In this document: positions 13,000 through 24,849 of the stretch, piece after piece
Numbering within the stretch: the stretch's first letter is position 1
Layout: every line of letters starts with the position of its first letter
Origin: Podarcis melisellensis
Lineage: Eukaryota
DNA: 64,000 bases
Direction: 5' to 3' (one strand)
Assembly (NCBI GenBank): GCA_964234715.1
Contig: OZ174278.1
Notes under the pieces: generated by a model
Told to the model about the DNA's origin: nothing
Databases searched by the model: none
The model's input: the letters and a program-made list of their open reading frames with translations, nothing else
Position numbers and translations under genes: made by a program

Positions 13000-13200
13000 G
13001 GCTCTTTAACTTCTTTTGTCTGCTCCGTTTCCCAACTCGGCTGCTGCTGCCATCCTCTCCCCGCTCTGGCCTCCAGCGATTGGCAGAGCGCTCGGCACAT
13101 TTGAGCGGCGCGGTTGGGAACCAGAGTTTGGAAATGTGCGCGGGTGGGATTGGAGGGAGGCCGGTGATTGGCAGAGGCCAGGCCAGCGCGATTGGCTCCC
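13000..13200 (-). promoter_or_regulatory. ZIC5 proximal promoter with four CCAAT boxes
   Basis: ATTGG at 13079, 13149, 13167 and 13191 (all CCAAT on the minus strand); TATA-like GTTAAAGAG near 13002-13010; CpG island context. Confidence 0.7.
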
Positions 13201-13520
13201 ATTCAGGCCGGGCGCTCAGCGGGGAACCGCCCTCGCGCTCTTGTCTGCTTTCGCGCTCTCGCTCGCTCTCCCCACCCCCCGACGCCCCTTTTCTCGCTCT
13301 CGCGCGCGTTTCTCCCTCCCCCCCCCAAAAAAAGTTGCACTTGCTGAAAGGAAGGAAGAAGGGGAAAAAGTTAGCGCCCGGCCGCAGAGGGAGTGCCAAG
13401 CGAGCGGCGTGCCAGGGGGAAACACGCGGCGGCACGCTTGCTTGGAAACTGTCAGGGAAGGCAGCCCGGATCTCTCTCCAGGCGCGCAAAGGAGAGTTGC
13501 TGCTTCCCAGTTACCTGGGA

Positions 13521-13621
13521 TAGAATTGTAGAGTTGGGAGGGACCCCCAGGGTCATGTAGTCCAACCCCCCTGAAACGCAGGAATCTTTCGCCCAGCGTG
13601 GGAATCGAACTCACGACCCTG
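13521..13621 (-). mobile_element. 5'-truncated tRNA(Lys)-derived SINE with CR1-type 3' tail
   Basis: Minus strand reads AGGGTCGTGAGTTCGATTCCCACGCTGGGCG (tRNA-Lys-like 3' half, B box), then AAAGATTCCTGC...GGTTGGACTACATGACCCT...CCAACTCTACAATTCTA (CR1-like tail). Confidence 0.8.
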
Positions 13622-13859
13622 ATATGAGCTGTTCAGTGAGGAGCCGCCGCAACTTTTTGCCCAGCCTGAAACCACTGCCTACTGCGACTCGGCATAATGT
13701 TCTTGCGGGCACATCAGCTGCAAGTTTTAAAGAGTGTTTGTGCCCGAACTTAAAAACACACCGGGAGGGCATTTGCTCGTGTGAAAAAGGATCCTTGGTA
13801 CAACAACCCATGATAATTGGTAATGACATACTTTACACCTTGGTGAGAACGACATAAGG

Positions 13860-13985
13860 CACTTGGGAGGGTTTGAAGCAGAGGTTGGATGACCATCTGC
13901 CATGTATAATGGAGTTGACATTCCTGTGTTGCCAAGGGTTGGGCTAGATGACCCTGGGGTTCCTTCCAACGGTATGATTCTATGT
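13860..13985 (+). mobile_element. CR1 LINE 3' end fragment
   Basis: TTTGAAGCAGAGGTTGGATGACCATCTG...GGGTTGGGCTAGATGACCCTGGGGTTCCTTCCAAC...ATGATTCTATG, the typical CR1 terminus. Confidence 0.8.
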
Positions 13986-16701
13986 GTCTATTTTTAGGAC
14001 TTGGAGCCTAGGGCTGCGATGGCACCCACCAGACTGTAAGCTTCTTTGTAACTATTTATAGGTAGACTCAGTATGCAAGGCGAGCGTCCTAAACGCCCTA
14101 AAATAAATGCGCCCTAAATGAATTGTATGGATGTAAATCGCACAAATAAATACAAACTCAACAAGTGGATGGGGAGCTGTGTAATTCATATACAAGCGCA
14201 TATGAAAGTCCCGTTGCTTTCATTGACTTCCTCTCCAGCACATGTGCTTAGGACCGAAGCGTCGATTGGAAGGAGATATTTTGGTGCAGTTACAATTATT
14301 ACTGGCTTCAGAATAGAAGTGAATATAAGCTGTTGCCTTAAACGCCGAGACACGACTGCGGTAGTCAAGATACGCAACAAATGCTTCATGAGAGTTTCTT
14401 CGTGACTGTGTGGAAAGAACTACAACGATTCATTTCCCTAAGTAATGGAAATAACTGCTCCCATAAGCTGGTGTAAAAAGAATTAGTTCTTAGGGCGGGG
14501 TAGGGGGGTTCATCTCAAACGGCTGAGTCTCGCAGGAGACGTCAGATCCGCTTCTCCATCTCAATGAAGCCTAAAAATAGATCAGTCAGGTCTTGCTCTT
14601 TTTAAAAAACGTGGCTGATAGAATGAATCGTCAGGATGCGCCATCCTTACTTTTGTACGATTCTTCTCTCTCCTTCCAACACTCCCGCCTCCACCGTTTC
14701 CCTGAAATTTCCGTCCTGTTTACACAGGAAAACCCTAAATCCCCGTGTACGCTCCTGCACGCCAGCGCTCTGGGAGGAAAGCCTGCCTTTGAGCTGCTGG
14801 GACTTATTTGAGGAACAGGTGTACAGTCCTCGGGGGAAATTTCGCGTGGACGTTTCCTGCGAGGATGCTGGTGGGGTCCGTAGGATGCTGAGAAATGTAC
14901 GCCTGCGGATCGAACCGGAGCAGGGGTAGAGGTTGGCGCCCCGATCCGAATCCGTGCGTTTTCCCCACCCCTCCTCATTTGGTACAAGTCCATTAATTTA
15001 AATAGATGTGTGGATTCTGTTGGAAACTTGGGAGACCTATTACAAATTAACTGAATTTACGAATGGAGCGGCAAACACCTGCACATTTCCTTAAAAAAAA
15101 ATTCAAATGCACCAGAAAAGTGGGGTGTGGGTGGGACTGAGCTTTCAGCTCTGAAAATAAAGGAGGAGGGACGTCGCCTTCCTTCTTTTCGCGACCGGCA
15201 AAGCTGAACAAAACTTAGTCGCCGCAGCGGGAGCAAGTCCTGGAACAGAAATAGGCAGTAGTATTTCCATAATGCAAAGTAGCAGCGCCTGAAATAGCAC
15301 CGAAAAGCTCTTGGGGCGGCGCTAGCACTTGGTTCAACACGCCGCACTGCATGGTAAAGGCTGACTTTTTGGCAACACGTCTTTCCAGTAGTTCTGCGCC
15401 TAATTTGAAACAGGCGGAGACGAGGTGAGCCAATTTCAGTCCTCGGAGTACATGCAGTCAGACGCATTCCCCATTTTTAAGTTAAAAGAGAGAGAGATGG
15501 AGAATATGAGAGAGGGAGAAAATCTTTCTGTTAGGGACCACGTGAAAATCGCCAACAGCTCTCCAACTAGCCCTTAGGTCGCCGAGCTAGCGCATCGCGC
15601 AGGCGGCCAGGCGTTTGATACATTCATTTCAGGGGTTTCCATAAAGAGATCTTGCAACCCAACTATTAACATGCGGGCTTCACGTCCTCTTTTCGCCTTG
15701 TGCAACCTCGCGCCTGTTTTCTCTGAAGTAAGACCCACTGCCTCCAATGGGTCTTATTCCCTAGTGTGTTTAGGATTGCAGCTTTACAGACACCGTACAA
15801 AGTTAAAAGACACACACATAAGCATACCGGTGTGATGAAACTCACTATTATTATTATTATTTTGCCCCCAAAGCCGGCTCCGCAGGGCATCAACGTGTTT
15901 CCAAATTCATTTTGAAGCTTGATTGCTGATCAATTTTGATTTTTTTTTGGGGGGGAGTCTACAGTATGGGGGTCTTTTAAAAAAGAGGGGGCTGGGTTGC
16001 CTGATAGATAGTTTTCGAATGAAATGAAAGCTTCTTTCGAAACAGGAATTTCTTGTTTTTTTAAGTATGAAAAATATATTGAGTTATACTTGAATTTCCG
16101 ATATGTAATGGTTTAAACGGGGCGCGGGGAGGGGGAGTTCCAAACCTGAATAATAGTTTGGAAGTTATGTCCTGGCCTCCGTGTACAACTCTTGTTAAAC
16201 GCAGCGTGATATGGATCTGTCATCGATTTAGTGCGTCTTAATTCAAATATATGTCGCTGATCAATTCCCTTGTTTGTGGGGACTATAAACAGCGGAGAGA
16301 TGGCTGGGTGGACAGACAAACATGGATGGCAGGTAGCGAATAAGGCTTTTTAATCGTGAAAGTTGTAGTGGACTTGCAGGCAGATTAATTCAAACCTATG
16401 ATTTTCCCCAGCTGCTATCAGTGAAAGGGTTATCTTTGCGATAAGACAACTTTTGAAGAAGCATGCTGTTTCTTGCATTAAATTTGCATACTGTCAGCTG
16501 CACTGCGAGGGCACGCACGGGAGAAACCGTGCACGTTACAAACAAGAGGCACGGTCCAGCAAAACTCAAGCACTTTGTTCAGCAATCTTCCCATTGAAGC
16601 CAATGGGGCTTATGAGCAATTCGCGCTGGCTGGGTGGTGCCGCAAATGTTCCATACAGATAGAAAGGGCACTGTGGACCATTCTAGCCTCTGAATAAGGG
16701 A

Positions 16702-16825
16702 CACGGCCTTATACCGAGCCAGGCCATTGGTCTATCTATCTCAGTATTGCCTACACTGACTGGCAGGCTCTCCAGGATTTCAGACAGGGGTCTCTCCTGG
16801 CCCTTCCTGGAGATGCCAGGGATTT
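16702..16825 (-). mobile_element. Decayed squamate tRNA-derived SINE fragment
   Basis: CCTTATACCGAG..CCATTGGTCTATCT..CTCAGTATTGCCTACACTGACTGGCAG..CTCCAGGATTTCAGACAGG..CTGGAGATGCCAGGGATT; related copies at about 19372-19530 and 54030-54290. Confidence 0.6.
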
Positions 16826-17016
16826 TAAGATTGCTGTAAGTCTCTTCCTGGTCAAGGCAGAGATGTGCACCGTAATTCCGAAATGTATGTTATTCCAAGT
16901 AAGCGAACAAACACACTATTTGATTCTAAACCGTCAATCTATTAAATATGGAATCTCTTCTCCTCCTCACGTTTTTTTGCTGTCCCCCCTTCCTCCCCCG
17001 CTTCTTTACTTCCCCT

Positions 17017-17075
17017 CTTTTCTTTTCTTTTCTTTTCTTTTCTTTTCTTTTCTTTTCTTTTCTTTTCTTTTCTTT
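17017..17075. repeat. (TTTTC)n microsatellite
   Basis: Direct reading. Confidence 0.9.
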
Positions 17076-19013
17076 CTTTATTAATTTCAGTCCACGGCAC
17101 GTTTAGCAAATCAGCTCTCCAGAGTTCGTGTTTTTGTTTGCTTGCTGCTTACGGCATTTGTTTGACGGCGGCATTATGCAAATATATGCTAATGATCACG
17201 AAGCCCATTTGCAAGTAGTTGTCTTTAGTGCACACATGTTATTGATATTTAGCGGGAGGGGGGGACGATATTCCAGAAGAGAGAAAATGCCTTCTGGGGA
17301 ACAATTAAAACGAGAGAGCAATTAACAGCTCTTCTCAAGAAGATCTTTTTTAAAAAAAAAAAAAGAAAATGAAAAAACAGCCGTGCAGGCAGTAGAGGCA
17401 CGGGATTCTTCAGGCAGACAAAACAAACAGACACACACACCCTTGAAAAATCCTGCGCGCACACTTGCACGGGAGTAAGTCCTGTTGTATAGCTTTGGAC
17501 TTAACTTCCGCGCAAACCTGCTAAGCTGTTCTGATGAAGGCGCGGATTCTCCTCGGGACGCGCGCCTTGGATTCCTACCCACGAGACGACGCAGAGGTCA
17601 GCTCTGCGTTGTACTTACTTAGACGTAGCGTTCACGGAAGCCAGCACAGCTTTGTTTAGGAAAGGCAGGTCTCGTCGAGGGTAGCTGGAGGGGAGGGCGC
17701 CACCCATTTTCCTCCCCCGCCAGCACCCTCGGAGTCTGCTGGCTGCGCTTGGATCCTCTCTCGTCTTATCCGCCACCCCCCGCCCCGTCCTTGATGGTGC
17801 TGCGCGTAAAGGAAAAGCTGGACACCCCTCGCCCCAACCAGCTACCCAACATCCCTAAATGAAACCAGTAATACACTCAGGGAGCTGAGTCACGGACTCT
17901 TCGTGGCTTGTCTAACCACTCTGGTTGTTCGGTTCTTCTGTTCCCCTGAACGCAGGCTCCCTCTCTCTCTCCCTCTCTCCACCTCTGCCACTTAACATGA
18001 CCCGACCTGTCAGGTGAGCCTGGTGGCTGCCAAGCTGGCTTTCGGCGACAGGCCCAAGCACTTGCACAAAGCGCTCTGGAGAAGGGCAGCAGGAGGAGGT
18101 GGAATAGAGCGCACCATTGGAGAGGAGGCAGGAACGGGTTAAAAGTGTTCCTTCTTCCGTAGGGCTCTTGCCTCGTCAAGGGACTAGTTCAAGGCTTCCT
18201 ACAGGGCCCGCGGGCCCTTCTGCCTTGCTCAGAAGTGGGGTCTCGGGGGGCGCAGCCTGAGACGCGAGTGGGTTTTTCTCAGAAGTGATTTCCACGGGAA
18301 AGTGGGTAATAAGCAACTTGCCAAGGGAATGCGTTTTTCCATATGAAAATTTACTGGCGCACGGAAGCAAAACTGCCCAAATATGTTGTTTAATTCCTAG
18401 ATCGATTAAACTACCTTGGAAACAAATCCTTTTTAAAGGGTGGGGGAGAGCGGTTTCCTTTCAATGAACCCTCTCTCTCCTGTGACATATTAAGGGGTTT
18501 GCTTACAACACCCACACACCCCTTCACCCCCTCCACACATACACAATTGCTGTCTGTGCCTCTTACCATTGCATATTTGTGCCTAGCCTGGCAAAACATA
18601 GCTGGTTGTTTCAGTGCCAGAGGTGACTTGTTCTGCCTTGCTAAAGAGGGGCTCCACAGGTCCAGTGGCACTCCTCTTCCTTCGCCAGTGCACAGATCCA
18701 CACCAAACAAATGACTCTAACTCATGTCTTTTATCGACAATTTTAATGTTCCTTTTTATTTTTGGAAACCGCTTAGAGGTCCTGTTACAACCAAGCGGTG
18801 TGAATTTTGTTAAATAAAAACAAAGCAACATCACCAGCAAGAGTGCAAGCCTGTACATGTCCACAACTCTGCTCAGAAGGACGTGCTATTCCGTTCAATG
18901 GGGCTTACTCCCAGGTAAGTGGGTGTAGGATTGCATACTAAAATGACCCATGTATGTTGTGGGGAATGTCCTGCTTTAGTCTGGCGGGCATACGCAGCCA
19001 AGTTTCAAGATCA

Positions 19014-19095
19014 AGGCTGCAATCCTGCATGCACTTACTTAGAAGTAAGCCCCATTTAAACCCGCGAGACTTCCAAGTAAACATGCATAGGCTTG
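19014..19095. repeat. Short palindromic MITE-like repeat copy
   Basis: GGCTGCAATCCT..GCACTTACTTAGAAGTAAGCCCCATT...ACTTCCAAGTAAACATGCATAGG; a neighbouring copy at about 18845-18936. Confidence 0.65.
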
Positions 19096-22000
19096 TGATC
19101 TTCCATACATACTTGGGAAGTGGGATGACATAAAGGAGGGCATATAATAAGTATTTCTGATGGTTGGTATAGGTATATATAAAATGTCCTATGACAGATA
19201 TCAACCATCTGGATGATTTACCCGTGGGGAACGTCATCCCGCTCCTTTCCTTTTGTCCCCCAACATTGCCTCCGAATGCTGACGTGGAACCAGAGATCTG
19301 AGGACATTTTATGGAGTATAGAAATGCGAAGGCTTTTAGAGAAATCACAAGCGCACCAACTTAAACAGAAGAAGTTGCCTTACACAGGGTCAGATAATCG
19401 GTTCATGTAACTCGATATTGCCTAAAACACGAACCAGCAGGTGCTCTCCAGGGTTTCAGATAGGGAGTCTTTCGGAGCCCTGTCATGGCGAGATGTTGGA
19501 GGCTGGACTATGGACTTTTGGCCCTTCCTGCAGGTCCCGAGTACTTTAGTGGTTTTCTGTTTCTATGTTATTTGATTAATAACGATTTTTCCTTTGGCTG
19601 GGGAAATTACAACACTGAGACTGCAAACGTTTGTAAACATACCATAACTTCCACTGAACCCGATGGAATTTAATTCTGTGTAAATGTGCCTGGAAGCTTG
19701 CTCGGTTTGGAAACTATTTTAGAAGATCCTCGGGCAGCTCAACTCCTATGCACGTTTGCCTGGAAGTAAGTTGCACTGGCATGGTGGACTTACCCAGTTA
19801 ACAGTCCTACACAGCCTCTACTCACGACGGGTGGAATGGAGTTCAACGGGGCTTACTCTCAGGTAAAGGGAGATAAAGTGGGAGACTAAAAGCTGAGATT
19901 CCTTAAACTGCATCTTCCAAAATTAGCAGCCAAACTGCAGTGCCATCATTCTCAGCTACTGGAAGGAACTGCGCCATATTGATCAGCTTTTAATCACTTT
20001 TTTTTAAAAGTGCATTATAAAGCTGATGCGATCATAGAGCAACAACTGCTTGATCTACTACTTCACGTTTACTGAGAAATAATTCCCCCTCTATTCAGTG
20101 GGTCTTGCTCATCATCGGCAAGTGTCTAAAGGACTGCAGCCTTAGAGAACCGAAACAAAGCTGTCACGCTCAAGGGGGTACAGGAGGGCCATTGATGAGT
20201 TGATAATGCTATTTCTGATAGTCTCGCTATCCCATAATTCCTCCCCCCCTTTTAAAATAATGCGTAGTGTGCACATCTACTTTCAGGAGGGAAAACGAGG
20301 GAGAAATTCAATGCGTGTGTGCGGATACACATGTGTATCTATAAGCCTATATAGGCGCATCCTTCCGGTTCCCTCTATTTTCCCCCCCACGGTCAACGAT
20401 TGGAAGAAGCTGTTCCGATAAATCAAACGGTGACACTTTGACGGCTGGCCTTGTATAAGCAATATGGTTCCCATATGGCCCCGTTATTTATGAATGACAG
20501 CAGAAAGTGTATTACATATTCGCTCGAGAGCGGGAAAGGAGAGCGCTTTACTTACGGACAACTTGCCCTGCTTCCCCTAACCCGCAGCGGCAGCCTCCCA
20601 TTGAAAGGGAGAGGAGCCGAAAAAGGATAGGGCAAGGTAAATGGAGCAAAGTCCTCAGGGAAGCGTCCTTTTTAAAAAAATGAAAATAATAAATCCAAAA
20701 CTAGCGACCAAAAGACAAGCAAACAAAAACAAGCAAACCAAAAACAAAGAACTCCCTAAGATCGATTTTGCAAAAATGGAGCATTCATTCCACATGTCTT
20801 CTATTTCAAAGGCGGAGTTCAGCACTGATTCAACTCTCTCCCATTGAAATGAATGGTTCCTTTTGCCGGGATCGTGGCCCGCGGTTAAAACACACACGCA
20901 CCAGGCAGAGAGGTTTGTCTTGCGGATTATGCGCGTCTTAGCAAAACCAACACAAAGCAGGCCTTATCTTCCTTGAGACTCCTCTCTCCCCAAAACCCAC
21001 CGCTGCTGCATAACACTGAAACCGCTGGCCAAGGCGGAGAATAATAAATTTTAATAGTGGGAGGGCATTTCGCTGTATTTCTCTGTGGACACCCTAGGCG
21101 TTGTAGTGAGCCTGGCCTTTTTTAAAAAAAAAAACCAAAACCAAAAAAAACTCAGGCATTTAAAAGTTACAACTTTGGCTGAGACTTTCATTGACTTCCC
21201 ACTTTGCTTGTATATTTGGCTTCTTGTAGACTAAAACCTGACAAAGCGTTTACAAAAAAAGAAAAGAAAAAAGAAAACTTATTCCAACATGTCCTTTTAC
21301 AGAAGGAGGCTCTCTGCCCCCTGCTCTTCCCGCTCCAGCAGCACATGCCGTCTTCAGAGGTCAGAGGTCGAATGGCCTAGAAGTGGCTGAGCGAGGGGAT
21401 ATCAAAGGTGACCTGCAACTTAATATCCTGTTGATGAGCCTGTTGAATTTACAAGTGTCTGTGATACAGACAACAATCGTGGGCAAGTGAGGAGCCACTG
21501 AAGAGAGCTTGTCCACCTCCCAGTCTTTTCGGGTGAAGCAGAGGAGGCTGGGCCTCGACAGGATTTCTCAAATCAGGATTTGGATTTTACAGGAGAAATC
21601 AGACACCTCTTCTGCACACATTTCTGTCTTGTACAATTTAACAACAACAGCAACAACAACACCAGAAGCCAGCACCATATTTGCTAGGAAACAAATCTAA
21701 TTGATTTCAGTAAGAAGTAAAGGAAGCATAGAAACCTAACAACCTATTGGATCAGATCCAGCCAAAGTTTGATTTCAATAGGGGTGAAAAACCATTCATA
21801 GCTTGAAATCAAGGGACGGAACAACCTGACCCTATGCATACTTACTCGGGAGTAAGATGCTAAATCACTTGCATATTAACTCCTAAGTCAGGGTGCATGC
21901 AGTTTCAGAACTCATTGCGCTTGGCTGGCTTCTGCCTGTTTGCTTGGGAGTAAATCCCATTGACTTCGCGCGAAAGTATTTTCGACTCAGGCTGAATCAG

Positions 22001-23122
22001 AGGTGCATAATTTTGCCAGTAAATTTGATTGAGCACAGTGGGACCTCTGAAATAAACGTGCATAGGATCGGGCTACACGGGGAGGCTGGATTCCAGACGC
22101 TTTTTGGGTGGGGGAGCTGAAGTCAATGGGATTTGTTTGGAAGCAAGCTTTCCTTTGCAAATATAATTCTTATACAGTCACCTACACAGAGACAGCCCTG
22201 TCCTCGGGTCAAAGGAAAGCCAAGCCACAGCTAAATAAGCTCCATCACGGGGACCCAGCAAAGGCGCAGCCCTAGAGATAAACGGATACCGTTGAGTTCC
22301 CCACCCCACACACCCCCAGATGCCAGTTGCAGGGGAACGGTAGCTCAGAAGCGGCAGATCATTGCAAAATAACGAAGACAGCGAGAGACACTGAGCGAAG
22401 CTGCCTTTCCTTCGTTCTAGCCTTGGAGAAAGCAAAAAGCAAAAAGCAGAAGCGTGGAAGGAAACTTACAGACCAGGGGGGGCATGTTTCCCCAAGAGCT
22501 GGTGGCGATGGTGACAGACCGGTCACGTATCTAGCAGGCTGTAGGCCGGGCCCCCCAAGAAAGCTACTCTGGCTGAGGAGGAATCCGATCCCTTCTCTCC
22601 TTCCCTTCGCCCTGCTAACCCACTTCCCGAAGGGATTTTGACTGCTGGCCGCTTTCTTCCCTCGCAAAGAATGAGCTTTAAAGGCTGTACTCCGGCCAAT
22701 GGCCCATGAAAGGGACGGCAGGTTTCTTTCTTGGCTCCTCTTCTCCCCCCACTCCCTTCCTTTCCTTCTCACCCCCGTGACATTGGTTGGGGGGGGGAGA
22801 AAAAGGAGGTGTTTTTTTTTTGGCTGTTTGGAGAGAAATAAAGCACTTCTGGGGAGGGGGTGGAAGGACGGCGATCTAGCTTTGAACTTGGATCAGCTCC
22901 TCTGTTTCCTACCGGGAGGGGAGAAATGGGAAAGTTTGAAAGAAAAGCGGCGTCCAGCCTGCGGGGGACTCCGGCCGGAATTTACGAATTTACCTCCCAA
23001 AAGTGTCCTGAACAAGCCGCCGAGGCCGTTAGACAGCGGGGGAGGGATCTGAGAGAAAGGAAAGGAGAGAGAAAGAAACGTGTGGGTGGGTGGATGTGTG
23101 AATGAGACTTGAGGCTACATTC

Positions 23123-23255
23123 NNNNNNNNNNNNNNNNNNNNNNNNNNNNNNNNNNNNNNNNNNNNNNNNNNNNNNNNNNNNNNNNNNNNNNNNNNNNNN
23201 NNNNNNNNNNNNNNNNNNNNNNNNNNNNNNNNNNNNNNNNNNNNNNNNNNNNNNN
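23123..23255. other. Assembly gap (133 N)
   Basis: N run. Confidence 1.
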
Positions 23256-24849
23256 AAATATTCTAGGAGCCTTGTCACAGTTCCTTGAAAGTGTTCCACT
23301 ATAAAGCGGATGGGATTTACCTACAGGCGGACGCGCCTTAGACCAGGGCCTAAAGGAACTGCGCGCAAGGCTCCGTGGTGTTTGTCTTGCTCCTCCAAGG
23401 TCTCTGGATGTCGGAAGGTGCGGGGGGACCTTTTTAGCTCTGCTTCTCTTTGCCAGCGCTCAAACCCTGGAGAGAAATAGGTAGGTGGGTGTGTGGGTGT
23501 GTTGGGAAGTCAGGCCCAGATAAACGCAGGCTGGTTGGGTCCATAGAAGGGCGGGGGGGGGGGGGAGAGAGAAGCGCCCCACCACCTCCATCCTGCAAGC
23601 TGGCAAGGGGCACTGAGGGAGCTGGCCGAGGGCTGCGGACAAGGAAGGGATGGAGGCAGTTTGCGATTTGGAGGAAGGAAGAGCCACGCGGCCGTGAGGT
23701 GTGCAAGGCTCACGCTCGTTCTGAGAACAGCGAAAAACGGCTCTTTCAGCGCCTAGATCCACGCCTAAAGCTATACCAGGCAGCTGGAAAGAACAGAGTC
23801 CGTTCATGCAGCGTTTCCAATGGACTAAAATGCATCTTCGTGCCCAAATAAAAATGTAATTTAATCAAGGAAGGAAATCATGGATGATGTACTATTTATA
23901 TGTGCGCATTATGTATGTGCGTGGTACATCTAAATAGCTCTCTCTACCTGTATCTCCTTCCTTCTCCCTACAAGGACTCAAAATCGGTTTGGAAATGGGC
24001 CTGTGCAGGTGCAAAAGAATACAGCAGAAAGCGTAAAAAGGTTTTGTCTTATGCTAATATGGCCTAAGGGGGGGGAATAGAACACCCCCCCAACCCAGGA
24101 GCAACCCCATTTCCTTTTCTAGTTTCCATTCTCATAAGACCACAGAGCTCATTTGTATTCCTAAATGGGAAAAAGAAAGGCCGCCGTTATTTTTCCTAAA
24201 AAGACGGGGAAATATTTCTGGATACTGCCCTTTTTATTTCCTCAGCAAATTTGCTTTGGATTGCAGGTTTGGGTGGTTTTTTAATTTTTTTAATCTAAAC
24301 AAGCTCATTCAGGAAACAGATCTGTCCTGGCAGGAGTGTGTAATGTGTATTTTCAGTTAGCAATCTTAGAATCTAGTTTGCAAATTTCCGTTCGTGAGGC
24401 TTTGCGATGTGATTTGTTACAAACACACACAAACGCAGCGGCAAAAGGTTGCAATCACGGGTTGTGGCTTTTTTCAACACCCCTTCCCCGCTATGCAGCT
24501 CGCTCCCATGCCGCCTCCTGACAACCGCCCACTAACCCGCTCTTTTCTTTTACACTACTCCGAGACATCTCTATTTACACCCGTGTCAGCAGCCTCCCAG
24601 CGAAGTCCATATCCTGTTGGAATCGATGGGAGGGAAACTCCCGTCGGTTTTTAGCGGATCTGAATGGCACCTTCGCTCGGAATCTTTCACAAAACGCACA
24701 CGCAGATATTCTCCATCCCAGATATTCTCATCTGCTGTGGTTCCCTCTCCTTTGACACCCCCTCGCCCAATCTCTCTCTTAAAAAACAAAACAAAAAAAC
24801 ATGCCTTGCTCTCTCTCTCTCGCCACCCCAAAGGGTCCTTTTGGTCCGG

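Noticed and set aside
12987-13202. ORF-track extension of ZIC5 to the ATG at 13202
   Set aside because: Runs through the CCAAT-box promoter, upstream of the likely TSS, with no recognisable homology
11772-13523. 583-aa plus-strand ORF
   Set aside because: Antisense shadow of GC-rich ZIC5 exon 1; non-ATG start, low complexity, no recognisable domain
13590-13621. tRNA-Lys gene (also 39710-39740)
   Set aside because: Only the 3' half is present and it is fused to a CR1-like tail, so it is a SINE head
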